DNA from: Nemertoderma westbladi
Lineage: Eukaryota; Animalia; Xenacoelomorpha
DNA length: 59,571 nucleotides
Direction of reading: 5' to 3'
Assembly (NCBI GenBank): GCA_032718475.1
Contig: JAUCBJ010008391.1
Location: 1-59,571, forward strand
A model generated the notes under the pieces. The model was not told the DNA's origin. It did no database searches and saw only the letters and a list, made by a program, of their open reading frames with translations. The translations under genes and the position numbers were made by a program. Shown piece by piece: positions 1-12,405 of the stretch (the first letter of the stretch is position 1; each line of letters begins with the position of its first letter).

Positions 1-147
1 TGGTCGACCAAAAAGTACTTTTTGGTCGACCAAAAAGTCGACTTTTTGGTCGACCAAAAAGTCGACTTTTTGGTCGACCAAAAAGTCTGGAAGTATTATC
101 CAATAGAAAACATATATATAACTATTTTGGAGGTAAAATCAAATTAC
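1..147. repeat. Inner part of left TIR: chained palindromes TTTTTGGTCGACCAAAAA joined by GTAC/GTCGAC, plus unique inner arm
   Basis: Read directly; mirrors 4476-4897. Confidence 0.9.
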
Positions 148-247
148 TGCACCAGTACAGAAAGCTTTGTTAAACACATTGATCATAGGTAGGATTTTAT
201 TGTTTCATCCGATAGAATTACAGGTTTAGAATTATATTTGCCGAGTT

Positions 248-1465
248 ATGGCAGAACCAAGCGATGTTGAGTTGGGTGGCGTTGTTTCCGATACTAGAGG
301 GAACTCTATAGATGAGTCTATTCGAACTTGGTTTTGGCTGAAAATTCCCTATTCGGATATTTTGGTACTTTTGTCGAGTCAATATGGCATATCTATGTCT
401 TTGAGAACCTTATGCCGACGTCTTCAAACGATGAACCTGAGTCGTGTAACAGATACCTCCGATGAAACTTTCTGGAAGCTTGTTTCGAACGTTGTCGAAG
501 TAACATTTAATAACCCTGAATTTGGTTATCGCCAGGTGCAAAAACGAATTATCCTAAACTACAAATTATATGTATCCATGGATATTGTACGATTGATTAT
601 GTCTTTAATAAATCCTGAAGCCGCACTAGAGCGAACGAGAACGTTGGGTCATCCTAGGATTTACACGAATAAGGGGCCAAACTTTATCTGGCACTGCGAT
701 GGATGGGATAAACTAAAGCCCTATGGCTTATCAATCCACGGGGCTATTGATGGCTTTTCCCGTAAACTTTTATGGTTGAAAGTATCTGCCAGCAATAAAG
801 ACCCGTTTATTATTGCGCAGTTTTATCTCGATACAATAACTGATCTCGGTGGATTTCCTCAATGTATCCGCGCTGACAGGGGCACTGAAAACGTAAATAT
901 AGGAGCCCTTCAAACTTTGTTTTCACTAATTTTCACCGTTTGTGATAAGCCTGCATTTTTATACGGTAAGAGCGTGGCTAATCAACGAATAGAGGGTTTT
1001 TGGAGCAAATTCCCCGTTTTAGGGATGCACTCAATCCTAGAGTTTTTCCACGATATGGACCAGAATGGAATATTAGACACTTCAAACTCCTTGGATATAG
1101 AAGTCTGCCGATATGTGTTCATGACTCACGTGCAGAGTGTACTTGACGATATTGTCATTCACTGGAACTCACACCGCATTCGCAAGCCTAAACATGGGGT
1201 AGCGCCCGGTGGAATTCCGGATGTTTTATACCATTTAACCTTGCCTAACTACTTAACAAAAATTGAACCCACCGTTACTATTATCCCTGAACTCAAGGAA
1301 ATATTTGCTTTCAAACGTAAGCCATGCATAAAGGAGGTTACTGACTTCTGTAATCTGGAACTCGCAATTGCCAATAAACCTTATCCGGAATTACTTAACT
1401 CACTCTCCGACCTTCAGGATACTTTTGAATTTTTAATTAATATAGCGCGTGATGCTTTGGATTAA
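248..1465 (+). CDS. DDE transposase, IS3/IS481-like integrase core (IS3EU type), 405 aa, intact
   Basis: N-terminal HTH-like segment (YSDILVLLSSQYGISMSLRTLCRRL); catalytic motifs GPNFIWHCDGWDKLKPYGLSIHGAIDGFSRK, IRADRGTEN, NQRIEGFW (38 residues between second D and E); WNSHRIR. Confidence 0.9.
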   Translation: MAEPSDVELGGVVSDTRGNSIDESIRTWFWLKIPYSDILVLLSSQYGISMSLRTLCRRLQTMNLSRVTDTSDETFWKLVSNVVEVTFNNPEFGYRQVQKRIILNYKLYVSMDIVRLIMSLINPEAALERTRTLGHPRIYTNKGPNFIWHCDGWDKLKPYGLSIHGAIDGFSRKLLWLKVSASNKDPFIIAQFYLDTITDLGGFPQCIRADRGTENVNIGALQTLFSLIFTVCDKPAFLYGKSVANQRIEGFWSKFPVLGMHSILEFFHDMDQNGILDTSNSLDIEVCRYVFMTHVQSVLDDIVIHWNSHRIRKPKHGVAPGGIPDVLYHLTLPNYLTKIEPTVTIIPELKEIFAFKRKPCIKEVTDFCNLELAIANKPYPELLNSLSDLQDTFEFLINIARDALD

Positions 1466-2106
1466 TTATTTTGATGTATTTTAATGTTTGTTTCATTTTA
1501 GTAAAATTAGTTTTTCTTTTGTATAAATTAGATTCTCCATCCACCCACATGTATTGTTGAAATACAGTAGTGTTTGGTAAAAACAATGAACATTATTAAC
1601 TTCTGATTTCATTTATAGTAGCCATTACTATAATTGTAATCGTAATGTAGCACAAAACTATAGGGCAATAATACAGTAATAATGTATTAACAGGAGATTT
1701 AAAAATCAGATTATAAACATTCCGGTAATTATTAATTATTAAGAAGAGCATTAAAAGTAACTGAAATGACGAGATAAACAAGAAAATATGGACGGTAATA
1801 ATTTCTTTTTCTCGAAAACCAAACTACTAACTAACTACATACTAAACAAAAAATAAACTAACCTATTTAATGCTTAAAGCACAACTTTTCAAGCTTTTTC
1901 TCGAAAACCAAACAAAAACGATTCTAAACAAAAATGTAAAAACTATTTAAGGTACAATCAATTTGCCATACTAAACAAACAATAAACTAACCTATTTAAT
2001 GTTTAAAGCACAACTTTTCAAGCAAAACAAATTCAGTTTCTGGATTATATGAATTAAAACGGACATGACTCAATGACAAAACGGTTTCAGTAATATTAAT
2101 AAAATA

Positions 2107-4215
2107 TCAGTGGTTCCAAAACTCCCAACACAGTTGATTCGATAGGAGTAGAAATATATCTTCCTTCATTTCTCCATACGAGCTATAACTGTAAGGCAAC
2201 TTCAAAGTGGGACCACATGTACTAGCTCCTATAGATCTCGTGAAAGATGTGGTCACAATGAATTCTACTTGAATTGTATCACATATCATGAGATTGGAAC
2301 CGGTGATATACCGCAAAAATTTTTGCAACTGTTCCGGTGACATATCTCTCAGAACTTTCTTTAGAAAGATCGACGCATCACGCTGTGATTCGTTCTCAAA
2401 CACTGGAAACGACATTAGTCGGAACATTGAGGCACTCGTTGGATATAATTGAGAGTAAATCTCGTCTATCTCTTCCAATGACTTGAATGGTTGCCCAGCT
2501 TTTCTAAAGCACTTCGCAACGAACTCTGGTCTTTGAATTACCTCTACATTATTAAGCTCTTTAATTATGTCTCGAATGTTGTCGACAGTTGGTACCGTGC
2601 GACATTTAAAGCCACTAAAAGCATCCATTAACTCGTCTAAATCTTCTTGATCAGGTAATATACCATTTAGAAGTTGCCGTAAAACATTCCCCTCACTGAC
2701 ATTGAGTAAAGTGTATAGGTTATCAGGAGGAATTTCTGTCTCTTCAAAATAAACATATTTGAAGAACGGCGAGGATAATTGAACAGGCCAGTATTTAAGT
2801 AATTCGTAACCATAAACAAGAATCCGTCCAATAGACAACCAAACTTCAACATCCCAATCATGCCGTATGCAGGGGATTCCAGATGAGCAACCTCTAACAT
2901 TAAATTCGCTCCAAAAGATAGCGAAAAGCTCCCGCGTAAGTCCTAGGTTATCAATTCCACACTCTTGCGATCCATCAGAGCAAATAAACGTTACATGTAG
3001 CTCCTTGTACAATGGTATTTCTTCACGGAAGAGATCAATCATAAACTGAAAAACATTATTCCGAGGCACAGTTATCAAGCGTTTATGGTCAACTAGTCTG
3101 CGAACACGAGCTTCGCGTAAATCATTAATCGATAATTGTCCATCAAATTCAGATTCACCAGAACTTTCATCCAAAATGCTTATGTCGGTTATTGGAGACA
3201 TGAATCGCGCAGGAGGATTAATATTTCGAGGATGACGCCGTCGAAAATCCGTAGAAGCACTGATTTCTAATTCACGGTTTTGCTCGCAAATTAGACACTG
3301 ACCATTTTCTTCAGATATACCTAGAGTACAATTGCAATTAATGCAGATTGTATGATTAAGTGGAACCTGTGCTTGGCTAAAGCTGGGTTCTAGTACTGGT
3401 GGACCTGGGCCTGCTGGTGCAGCTACAGAGTGTCTAGAACCCGAGACTAACAAAGCATTATCACTATTAGGCCTACAAGCAGAAACATCCGGAGTCGTAT
3501 CATTAAGAACATTATCAGAAACAGCCACCTCATTGATCTCAAAATCAGAATGATCAACAGCTTCCTCTAAAGACCTATCACCAGTACCGGTACTTATAAT
3601 TGTATCAATGCAGAAAAAGAACTGTAAGGTGCCAGGAACTCCAATAGCTTTGCTGTAATTATCCAAACTGAACTCGGAAGACATATCAGAATCACCTTGG
3701 GGATTAGGGAAAACTTCTGTTATTACCTGCCCCAAACAATTTTCTAGCCTGAAGTTATAATAAGAATTCACATTTCCAAGTGAAGGAGAAACTCCGGCAG
3801 GAAAAAATTTATCCTTGATAAATACAACTAATGACTTGTATGAGAGGCGAAAGTCTACAGAAAAAACGCACATAGACTTGTCCCCTAATGGGCTTCGTGA
3901 AACAATACTATCGCACTTCATCTTGAATCGCGCACGCCGTATCACCGATAACGGTCGTCCCATGCGGACAGGTATAGCGTACGCATTGACAGGATCTCTA
4001 CGGGATCCTGTAATGTGAGAATAACCGCGTCTGCGGCCTCGATTAATTTGCCTAGTAGATGCTCCTGATACATTAACATTTCTACCAGTGGTTGTGGTAC
4101 CGGTACTGGTAGATGCTAATTCTGCAATCGCCTGTCGTAAGTTCCCTATAGCGACTCTTCTACTATCCGTAACAAAGTCATCACAATCATCATTGTTGGC
4201 GCCGGTTTCTTCCAT
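2107..4215 (-). CDS. HECT-domain E3 ubiquitin ligase (G2E3-like HECT), 702 aa, intronless, transposon cargo
   Basis: HECT motifs: ECGIDNLGLTRELF (N-lobe GxDxGGxxRE), WLSIGRILVYG, QKFLRYITGS, ASTCGPTLKLPYSYSSYGEMKE (catalytic Cys in AxTCxxxLxLPxY). Upstream CxxC...CxxC cluster (CINCNC...CLIC). Confidence 0.85.
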   Translation of the reverse strand: MEETGANNDDCDDFVTDSRRVAIGNLRQAIAELASTSTGTTTTGRNVNVSGASTRQINRGRRRGYSHITGSRRDPVNAYAIPVRMGRPLSVIRRARFKMKCDSIVSRSPLGDKSMCVFSVDFRLSYKSLVVFIKDKFFPAGVSPSLGNVNSYYNFRLENCLGQVITEVFPNPQGDSDMSSEFSLDNYSKAIGVPGTLQFFFCIDTIISTGTGDRSLEEAVDHSDFEINEVAVSDNVLNDTTPDVSACRPNSDNALLVSGSRHSVAAPAGPGPPVLEPSFSQAQVPLNHTICINCNCTLGISEENGQCLICEQNRELEISASTDFRRRHPRNINPPARFMSPITDISILDESSGESEFDGQLSINDLREARVRRLVDHKRLITVPRNNVFQFMIDLFREEIPLYKELHVTFICSDGSQECGIDNLGLTRELFAIFWSEFNVRGCSSGIPCIRHDWDVEVWLSIGRILVYGYELLKYWPVQLSSPFFKYVYFEETEIPPDNLYTLLNVSEGNVLRQLLNGILPDQEDLDELMDAFSGFKCRTVPTVDNIRDIIKELNNVEVIQRPEFVAKCFRKAGQPFKSLEEIDEIYSQLYPTSASMFRLMSFPVFENESQRDASIFLKKVLRDMSPEQLQKFLRYITGSNLMICDTIQVEFIVTTSFTRSIGASTCGPTLKLPYSYSSYGEMKEDIFLLLSNQLCWEFWNH

Positions 4216-4475
4216 AATGCCACCAATAGGCCTACTGCAATACAGGGATATGGTTAGTGGTTACCGGTCACATGACAGTTTCATTTAGAGTTTACAGTTT
4301 CAATTACTGAATTAGAGTTTAGCTGTTTAGGCCGATCCTGAACAAATACCTGAAGAAACTACCAGATACTGAGATATACACTCTGAATCTGACAGTATGC
4401 AGTACTGTATAGGCCTGTAGCATACCGGTAGTATATTACAGTATTAGGACTGGTGGGCAAAAGGAACATCAACAA

Positions 4476-4950
4476 GTAATTTGATTTTACCTCCAAAATA
4501 CTTGCGTGTTTCCTAATTGGATAATACTTGCAGACTTTTTGGTCGACCAAAAAGTAGTTTTTGGTCGACCAAAAAGTCGACTTTTTGGTCGACCAAAAAC
4601 TACTTTTTGGTCGACCAAAAAGTACTTATTGGTCGACCAAAAAGTACTTTTTGGTCGACCAAAAAGTCGACTTTTTGGTCGACCAAAAAGTACTTTTTGG
4701 TCGACCAAAAACTACTTTTTGGTCGACCAAAAAGTCGACTTATTGGTCGACCAAAAAGTCGACTTATTGGTCGACCAAAAAGTACTTTTTGGTCGACCAA
4801 AAACTACTTTTTGGTCGACCAAAAAGTCGACTTATTGGTCGACCAAAAACTACTTTTTGGTCGACCAAAAAGTACTTTTTGGTCGACCAAAAAGTCGCTT
4901 AAAAAAAAAAATAAAAAAAAAGTATTAAGTGGCACAATTCAGCCACCGTA
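4476..4950. repeat. Right TIR of the IS3EU-like element, including ~360-bp palindromic tandem array (4535-4897)
   Basis: About 16 copies of TTTTTGGTCGACCAAAAA with linkers GTAC, GTCGAC, CTAC or GTAG; then A-run and terminal GTGGCACAATTCAGCCACCGTA. Confidence 0.9.
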
Positions 4951-5590
4951 AAATAGCAATATTTCCATCAACAAATATTTACAATTAATAACTGACGGTA
5001 AAATAACAGTACAAACAATATGATTAATGCAATTAAGTATCAAGGATTAGTTAATGAGTATGATTATCAAGTTAAGAGTTAGTTCGTGAGGTAACAGTTT
5101 ATACTTTCGATAATTCAAGCAGTTTACGGTACAGCAGTATCTATCCAAAAATGCCGGTGTTTCTGGCTTAGACAGCAATAACAACAAAGTATCAAGAAAA
5201 AACAGTAAGACTGAACACTCTCCTTATGATCGGCAGAAAAGCTACACGTCGACAGGAAAAACCGCCCTGATTGGCCCAAGCCAAACAAAGAACCACGCGG
5301 CCAATGGCTGTTTCCATGTCAGCAACCAGCTGCTAGATGTCGTAATATGAATCATCACGGCTAAGCTGTGAAAGGTGGTTGGTGCATTACAAGTTTTTTG
5401 TCTTACCATGTCCGCTAAAACACGTATATAGCAGAATGATTTTTATGTCCGTTAAAACACCTGTAAAGGTACCTTGCGGGCGAGGGGAATATATATACAG
5501 TTAGGAAACCCTTTTTAGAGTATTCCAGCGCCTGGGGGGGAACTGGCCAGCAAAGGCAAACGTATCAGTTATCCCACAAAAGCTTTTACA
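4951..5590 (-). mobile_element. 5' part of a BEL-type LTR (third, diverged family), interrupted by the IS3EU-like element
   Basis: Reverse complement begins TGTAAAAGCTTTTGTGGGA (cf. TGTAAAGGCTTTTGCGGAA at 26341) and shares blocks TGTTTTAACGGACATAAAAA, TTTAGCGGACAT and TTTACCGTCAGTT...GTTGATGGAA with the LTRs at 26341 and 31655. Confidence 0.75.
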
Positions 5591-6474
5591 GAAAGCATTA
5601 GCACTAAGTCCCTACGTACGTGTTTGTCATGTACACCGTGTTGATTAAGTCTGTAGCCTTTAAATTAATTTCTGAACAATTTATAAACAACAAGAGGCCT
5701 GCGCTTGAAGTATTGAGATAAATGTGTTAATTTGCCGTTTAGTTGGATAGTGAGTTTCTTATTGAGGAGGTGTGTAGGGCGGCTTTCTTTGTTTTAGACT
5801 GAGTGTAATTATTTTATTGTTCAAATGAGACGGGGGGGCGGGGGGGGGGGGGGGGGGGGTGGGGGGGTGGGTATTGACGCAAATCCCATCTCGGCAAAAT
5901 AATATATCGTATCAATGTTAATTTATCAATTTAAGATGTAATATTATGGTTTTGTTCAGAATTTGAAAAAATGAGAAAGCGCGTCACAGGGGGTTGAACC
6001 AGCGCTATACGTACGTTTCAGCCTATCAGGCCTCATCAGTAGCGCTAACCAGCGCTGTTACAGATAGGATATGCAACTTAAGACCGCCTGTTCAATAGAA
6101 GTGGATTAGGTGGGATAGATTGAAGATTACATCTTTAATTACAGTTGCAACAGCTCATCTCCAATATATTCTTTTTATCAATTTAGGGAGAGGAGCAGGT
6201 TAAAGTGGAACGTTATTCTAACCAAAATAATAAACTAAAGTCAATAGAACATGCTACAGTAATATTTTTGGGTTTATTCACCTGTTATTGGAGTCGATTT
6301 TACCCTGGAGAGGGATGAATTTTGATTGCATCGAAAGTCACATGGAAATAAACAGCTTATTTTGGACCTAACACATTTAATTTGGAAAACCCAAAACCAT
6401 AACAAATTTTAATTAATTAATGTTAAATGTCCGCATTTTATTTCAAATACTCCCTGTTGTTTTATTATTTGCAG

Positions 6475-6695
6475 CATTATATACTTGGTCGGTGAAGGAT
6501 TTAAGAAATTTTATGACGCCGAATTCAAAATGGTATTAAATGAGGATCTAAATCCGTTCTTTCAACCCGCTGGCCTGGACCCTAAAACTATTAGTGCAGT
6601 CGCTTATTACCATGGAGACGGTATGCATGATGGTGACGCAGTCAAGTACAACGTCGCTGCAGTGAATATGAAGGCTCCGAACCCTGAGACTGGAG
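6475..6695 (+). CDS. Internal coding exon of a host hemopexin-like domain protein
   Basis: Acceptor TTTTATTATTTGCAG| at 6474; reads IIYLVGEGFKKFYDAE...AGLDPKTISAVAYY...PNPETG; donor G|GTTAAT (phase 1) joins in frame with exon at 18107. Confidence 0.65.
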
Positions 6696-6737
6696 GTTAA
6701 TTATTTTAATAATAATGCGTAGCGTTTAAACCTCATT

Positions 6738-7020
6738 TACTACTACTATTACTTGGACGAGTGCGCTCGGACATTGGAAATGAGATCCTTCCAGGCTTCC
6801 CGATTCTCCATAGTTGTCGCGATTTCGTTTCTCTCAAGTTCAGTATCCCTTCCAAGCTGTTCTATTATGTTATAGCCGGTCTTCCAAGGGAACGATTTTC
6901 TTGTTGTGTTGGTTACCAGGAAAGTAGATCTGGTATGACCTCATGTTTACTTCTCTAGTACAGTACTACCCAGGGAATCGTAATCTGCGCCTGAGGAGAG
7001 TGGTTGATACAGGTGGCCTG
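6738..7020 (-). mobile_element. 3' fragment of an RTE-like LINE with (TAG)n tail
   Basis: Degenerate translation RRRLRF...DLLSW.PT...RSLGRPAIT...MENREAW followed by TAATAGTAGTAGTA on minus strand. Confidence 0.55.
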
Positions 7021-7734
7021 GTGGTATTGTGGGGCGAGCCACGAAGTGAGCGAAGCCTTAGCATATGGGTGCCATTAACGAGTTGTCTGTCGTCGTCGTC
7101 GCCGTAAATTTTTGATCGCTAATAACTCGGTCATTCCATTAGATGAAATTAAACGAAACTTGGTACGTATGTAGTCCGTCAAAAGTTTAGAAAGAATCTG
7201 AAGTTTGGTAAAAAACGAACGAACGCAACGAGTTTACAGTGGATACGAGTATCCATCTGCCATAAATCAGCAGTTACTCTCACAGTTTCGAGACTTTGCA
7301 TAGTTATAAAGGTCGTTAGTCTCCGCTTAGGAAAATTATTTTAAGACAAAACAGGACGTGCGCTAACGAGGCTAATGAAGGAGAAGAGTATTGTAAAACT
7401 AAAAATGTCATACTTAACTTAAATAGCCCTAGTTAGAAGGTTTACAAATGACAGACGCAAACAGAGACGATAGGAGCGGGATAGGAAACGGATAGCTGGA
7501 TAGTTTACAGCTGTTATAAGACGATGATCCAAGGCATACGCACTAGATACCCTCCACCGCGCACAATCACTACAAACAGTGAACAAATTATTTATAATTG
7601 TCTCAGTTAATTGCTCGCTAATCGAATAATTTTGATTATCTAATTTCCCAAAAACCCCTCAACATTTTTACCGTTTTTAACTATTTTATATCAATTCACC
7701 TCAATTTACCAACTCCATCTTGACCTTCAGCTGC

Positions 7735-7895
7735 TAGCTCTGACCTATCGTATGCAGGGCACACCAACAAAAAATGTATCTCGCTTTCAATATCTCCCTC
7801 ACAGACCCGAAACACTCTATCGTATAATTTTGCGCCTCTAAAACGCCCTACTTCAACCTCCAGAGGCAAGATTCCACATTGGAACTGGGCCATTA
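7735..7895 (-). mobile_element. LINE ORF2 C-terminal zinc-finger fragment
   Basis: AQFQCGILPLEVEVGRF...VCEGDIESEIHFLLVCPAY matches the C-terminal CCHC region of non-LTR ORF2 proteins. Confidence 0.6.
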
Positions 7896-7899
7896 ATGC

Positions 7900-8597
7900 T
7901 CTCGGGATCATGGATCCGAAAGTCGGTTGAAGACCTTCGGATACGTAAGTGGAAGGCATGGGCAGCGTTATAGTCTGTCCAGGATTTGGAAGTCCCATCG
8001 AATAATAAAATGGAACCTTAATGTTCGATTATTTATGGCAGTAGTAGTACCATTACTCTTATATGGGAGTCCATGCTGGGCTCTAACTGCTGAGGACACC
8101 AAATCTGTGGATGGCACATTCACAAGAATGCTACGCCGGGTTCATTGTGTCAAGTACAATGCACACATCTCCAACCAGACATTATATAACATTGGAGGTG
8201 TCTCATTGGTTCCCCCAAGCTGGACACTAGAACAAAATCGCCTCCGCTTTGCAGGACATTGCTTTCGCCGTGAGGACCAGCCAGTGCATAATCTTGTACT
8301 TTGGCAGCCTCATGGAGTGAATAAGCATTGTGGACAGCCCGTGACTTTCTTGAGACGCATCTTAAAGGACACTGGCCTTGAAGATGCGGATGATCTAGCA
8401 AATGTCATGGGTTATAGGGAGTTGTGACGGCGCAATTTTGTCGACAAGCCGGCACAGCATTCTTAAAAATTCAGCTGCAATGCAGCATGCCGATCCTAGT
8501 AGTAGTTGAAGGTGCGGATGATCTAGCAAATGTTATGGTTGATGTGGTGTAATTTTATTGACAAGCCGGCACAGCATTCTTAATATATATGTAATAT

Positions 8598-8630
<33 letters not shown>
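7900..8630 (+). mobile_element. RTE-clade LINE 3' fragment plus a duplicated tail piece
   Basis: RLFMAVVVPLLLYGSPCWALT...RLRFAGHCFRREDQPVHNLVLWQP; tail ...GCATGCCGATCCTAGTAGTAG; same family as 23249-25213. Confidence 0.85.
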
Positions 8631-8631
<1 letters not shown>

Positions 8632-9833
8632 CATAGAAATTGTTGACGTGGTGCCACCCACGTATATGTTAGTTTCGGAACGGTTTTTCAATCATTTCTA
8701 CTAGGTCCTAATGCTTTAAATTTGTTATACGTCTTAATAAAGTAAAAATAAAGTTTACTTAAAAAATTTTTTTTCATCTTACACAGTCAATCAAATTTTA
8801 TAAAATTCCGTATTATTGATATATATATACATTTTACATTCGAGTTTTCCATAGACTTAATGATAGAGTTGTGGCCCTAGGGCAACATGTACAATTAAAT
8901 ATAGAAGTTGACAAGATGCCACTTTTGCACACGAAAAATTTAAACTGATTTTTTGAAAAAACTGTAAAGTGGAACGTTGTTTAGAATCTTCATTCAAAAA
9001 CATTCTGCAATTTATTTTTATTATTTCTATTTTTAAAGACATATATAGATTCATATATAGATGTTTTTGGGTTGCAAAGGTAATACTAAGTACATAGTAT
9101 GTTACCCGATAAAGTAGCTAAAGTTATGAACAAATTCAAAATTTGGAAGTTCTATGTTTTAAATTTTATAAACAATTTTTAAGATTGGATTTCAGCCTAT
9201 ATCGGTTCGGTAAAGGTAAAATCGATAACTTACGAGTATTTTTATTTATTCTAGTCGAATAATCGAGTCAAGAAATGCGATTTTTTAAAAATACACGAAA
9301 ATGGCCCAGAACCATCTTTTACATATCTAGATACATACTGAAAACAAATTGTTGAATTTATTCAAGCATGCATGGATCAAAGACACAAAACATAATAAAA
9401 TAGATTGAAAACATGGTTTATTATTAGAAATGATTTCCAGATATATTCATTTAAAATGTTATTGTATCAATTTTTACGTGTTTCTAAAAATGGCACCTTG
9501 CCTGCATTTACATATCAAATTACATCTGTTTTAGAAATTATGAGATTCTGACGTACAAATTATAGCCTGGAATTATTTTTAGTTAGATTCCACTGATAAT
9601 GACTGTATTATACCCCCCAGAGTTATCCAAACGTCATTTTGTTAAATAGTTAAGTTGTTAACTCTCATTTTTTAAATGTGGTTTAACGTGATACGTTTTA
9701 ATTAGGTTTTTAATGTGGTTTAATGTGTTTGATGACAGAAAGACTTGCATACACTAGATACACTCTATATACTATCAAAACAGAATAACTAACATCGCAA
9801 ATGTCTTAATTTTTAATAACTTTTTAAGAACTA

Positions 9834-10690
<857 letters not shown>

Positions 10691-10841
10691 ATGCCAAATT
10701 TATTTTTAAAATAGCAAAAGAAGCAAATTTATAACTCTATAAGATATCCGGTATTGAATTTATGTTGATTGATGTTATTTTCTTTCTAAGTACCAGTACG
10801 TAATGTTCTGTTACCGAACAACTTGTCAATAATTATGTTAA

Positions 10842-12405
10842 CCCTATTAATACCGGGCTATAAAATGTTGTACAAATACCGGGGGGGGGGGGGTCATATT
10901 GAGCCCCCCCTCTAAAATCTACAAATTTATACGAAAACGTCTGATTTTTTGTTTGTACTTAGGTATCACTAGTCAGGATCCGACCGAAAAAAAAAATTTC
11001 GAAAAAATGTACTGGGGTGGTTATATTGCAGCACCAAAATTACAAGTAGTGCACAATTTTCAGAAAATTTGAAAGTTACATTTTTCGTCTAATTGTTTTT
11101 CAATACAGGTTTTCTGGGGCGCAAAATACATTGGAAAATATTTAAAAATGATATGATTACTATAAATGGCTGTTTAGTCCTCTCTGCGTAGGAAAAAAAT
11201 GAAAAAAACAAGTAACCAGCACTTTTCAGTTAGAACACAAAATTTTTAATTCACTTATACGATGCTATAAATTCACATTTTCAGTTCTTCTAGGGCGCTG
11301 ATTCTAATGGAATACATTTCTAAAATGCCCCATCATTGCTACTTGTATTTTTCGGCGTAATTTGGCAAATTTCGGTGCTAGGACCAAATTTCGTACCCAT
11401 CACCAAAAAGTACAAGATTGCGATGTCCAGTGCTGTTTTTATTGAATCCATCGGATTCAGAACCCTCATAAACCCGTATAACGCAAGAAACAAGATGATA
11501 CTATCTACTGATCAATTTGCTTATTTTCCAAAATTTGGTGCTGGCACAACAATTTTCACCCACCGGCGAAAAATACAAGTTTGAAAACTCTTATTGAAAT
11601 TTTTACTGATTCCATTGAATTCAGAACCCTAACAAACCCATATAACGCAGGAAACAAGGTGACACAATCAATTTATATATTTGATGGTTTTCAAAATTTG
11701 GTGGTAGCACCACATTTTGCACCCACTTCCGAAAAATACAAATTTGAGATGCCTAGTTCGAAAATTATATATTCCATTCAATTCAGAATAGCCATAAACC
11801 TCTAAAACGCAAGAAATAAATTGTCACAAACAATTTTATCAATTGAATGGATTTTCAAAATTTTGTGCTAGCACCAAAATTTGCACCCACCACCGAAAAA
11901 TACAAGTTTGATACGCTTGGTGCAACTCGTATATATTTCATCGAAACCAGAACCCCAAAAAACCCCAATTGCGTAAAAAAACAAGTTTCACACAATCAAT
12001 TTACAAAATTGACATATTTCAAAATTTGGTGCTGGCACCAAAAATTGGCACCCGCCGAAAAAAACAAGTTTGAAATTTCTAAATCAATTTATATGAATTC
12101 CATCCAATTGCTAACACCAAAAAACCGGTGTAAATCAAAAATAGAGATGTTACAATTCATATTTAATGAAATGTAATTTTCAAAAAACGTCTCAAAAAAA
12201 GTGCCAAAAGTAGGGTTAAAAAATGGTGCTATAACTCGAAAACTACCCAATATTTTTGAAAACGGTTTTCACTACTAGGAAGACAATAGATTTTTAGGAA
12301 AAGTCATAAAATTTCAGATTCCCAACTGCGTTTGTTTCAGAATTATAATAAAAAAACCACGGGGGGGGGGGTCATATTGACCCCCCCCCCCCGGGTTTAA
12401 TAGGG
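10842..12405. mobile_element. piggyBac-like non-autonomous element with ~163-bp internal tandem repeats
   Basis: TTAA on both sides (10838-10841, 12406-12409); TIRs CCCTATTAATACCGGG and (rc) CCCTATTAAACCCGGG; subterminal G-run-TCATATTGA-C-run at both ends; about five diverged CAAAATTTGGTGCTGGCAC...AAAAATACAAGTTTG units at ~11366, 11529, 11692, 11856, 12020. Confidence 0.75.

Larger units (their letters stand above)
1..4950 (+). mobile_element. IS3EU-like DNA transposon (two convergent ORFs, long TIRs); left end lies outside the window
   Basis: Right terminus ...AGCCACCGTA at 4941-4950 (reverse complement TACGG..., the TAYGG-type end known for IS3EU). Bases 81-147 (AAAAGTCTGGAAGTATTATCCAAT...TATTTTGGAGGTAAAATCAAATTAC) are the imperfect inverse of 4476-4539, and both sides carry the same palindromic arrays. 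Encloses an IS3/IS481-type integrase and a second ORF. Confidence 0.8.

Noticed and set aside
1-4897. Palindromic repeat arrays as a CRISPR array
   Set aside because: Linkers are 4-6 bp and recurrent, not unique spacers; no cas genes; arrays are mirrored parts of transposon TIRs.
4359-4951. ORFs with VDQK/GRPK/WSTK repeats
   Set aside because: Translation artefacts of the palindromic array.
7050-7380. Possible Helentron/DINE-like non-autonomous elements here and at ~15680-17660
   Set aside because: GTCT-type microsatellites are suggestive but termini could not be defined.
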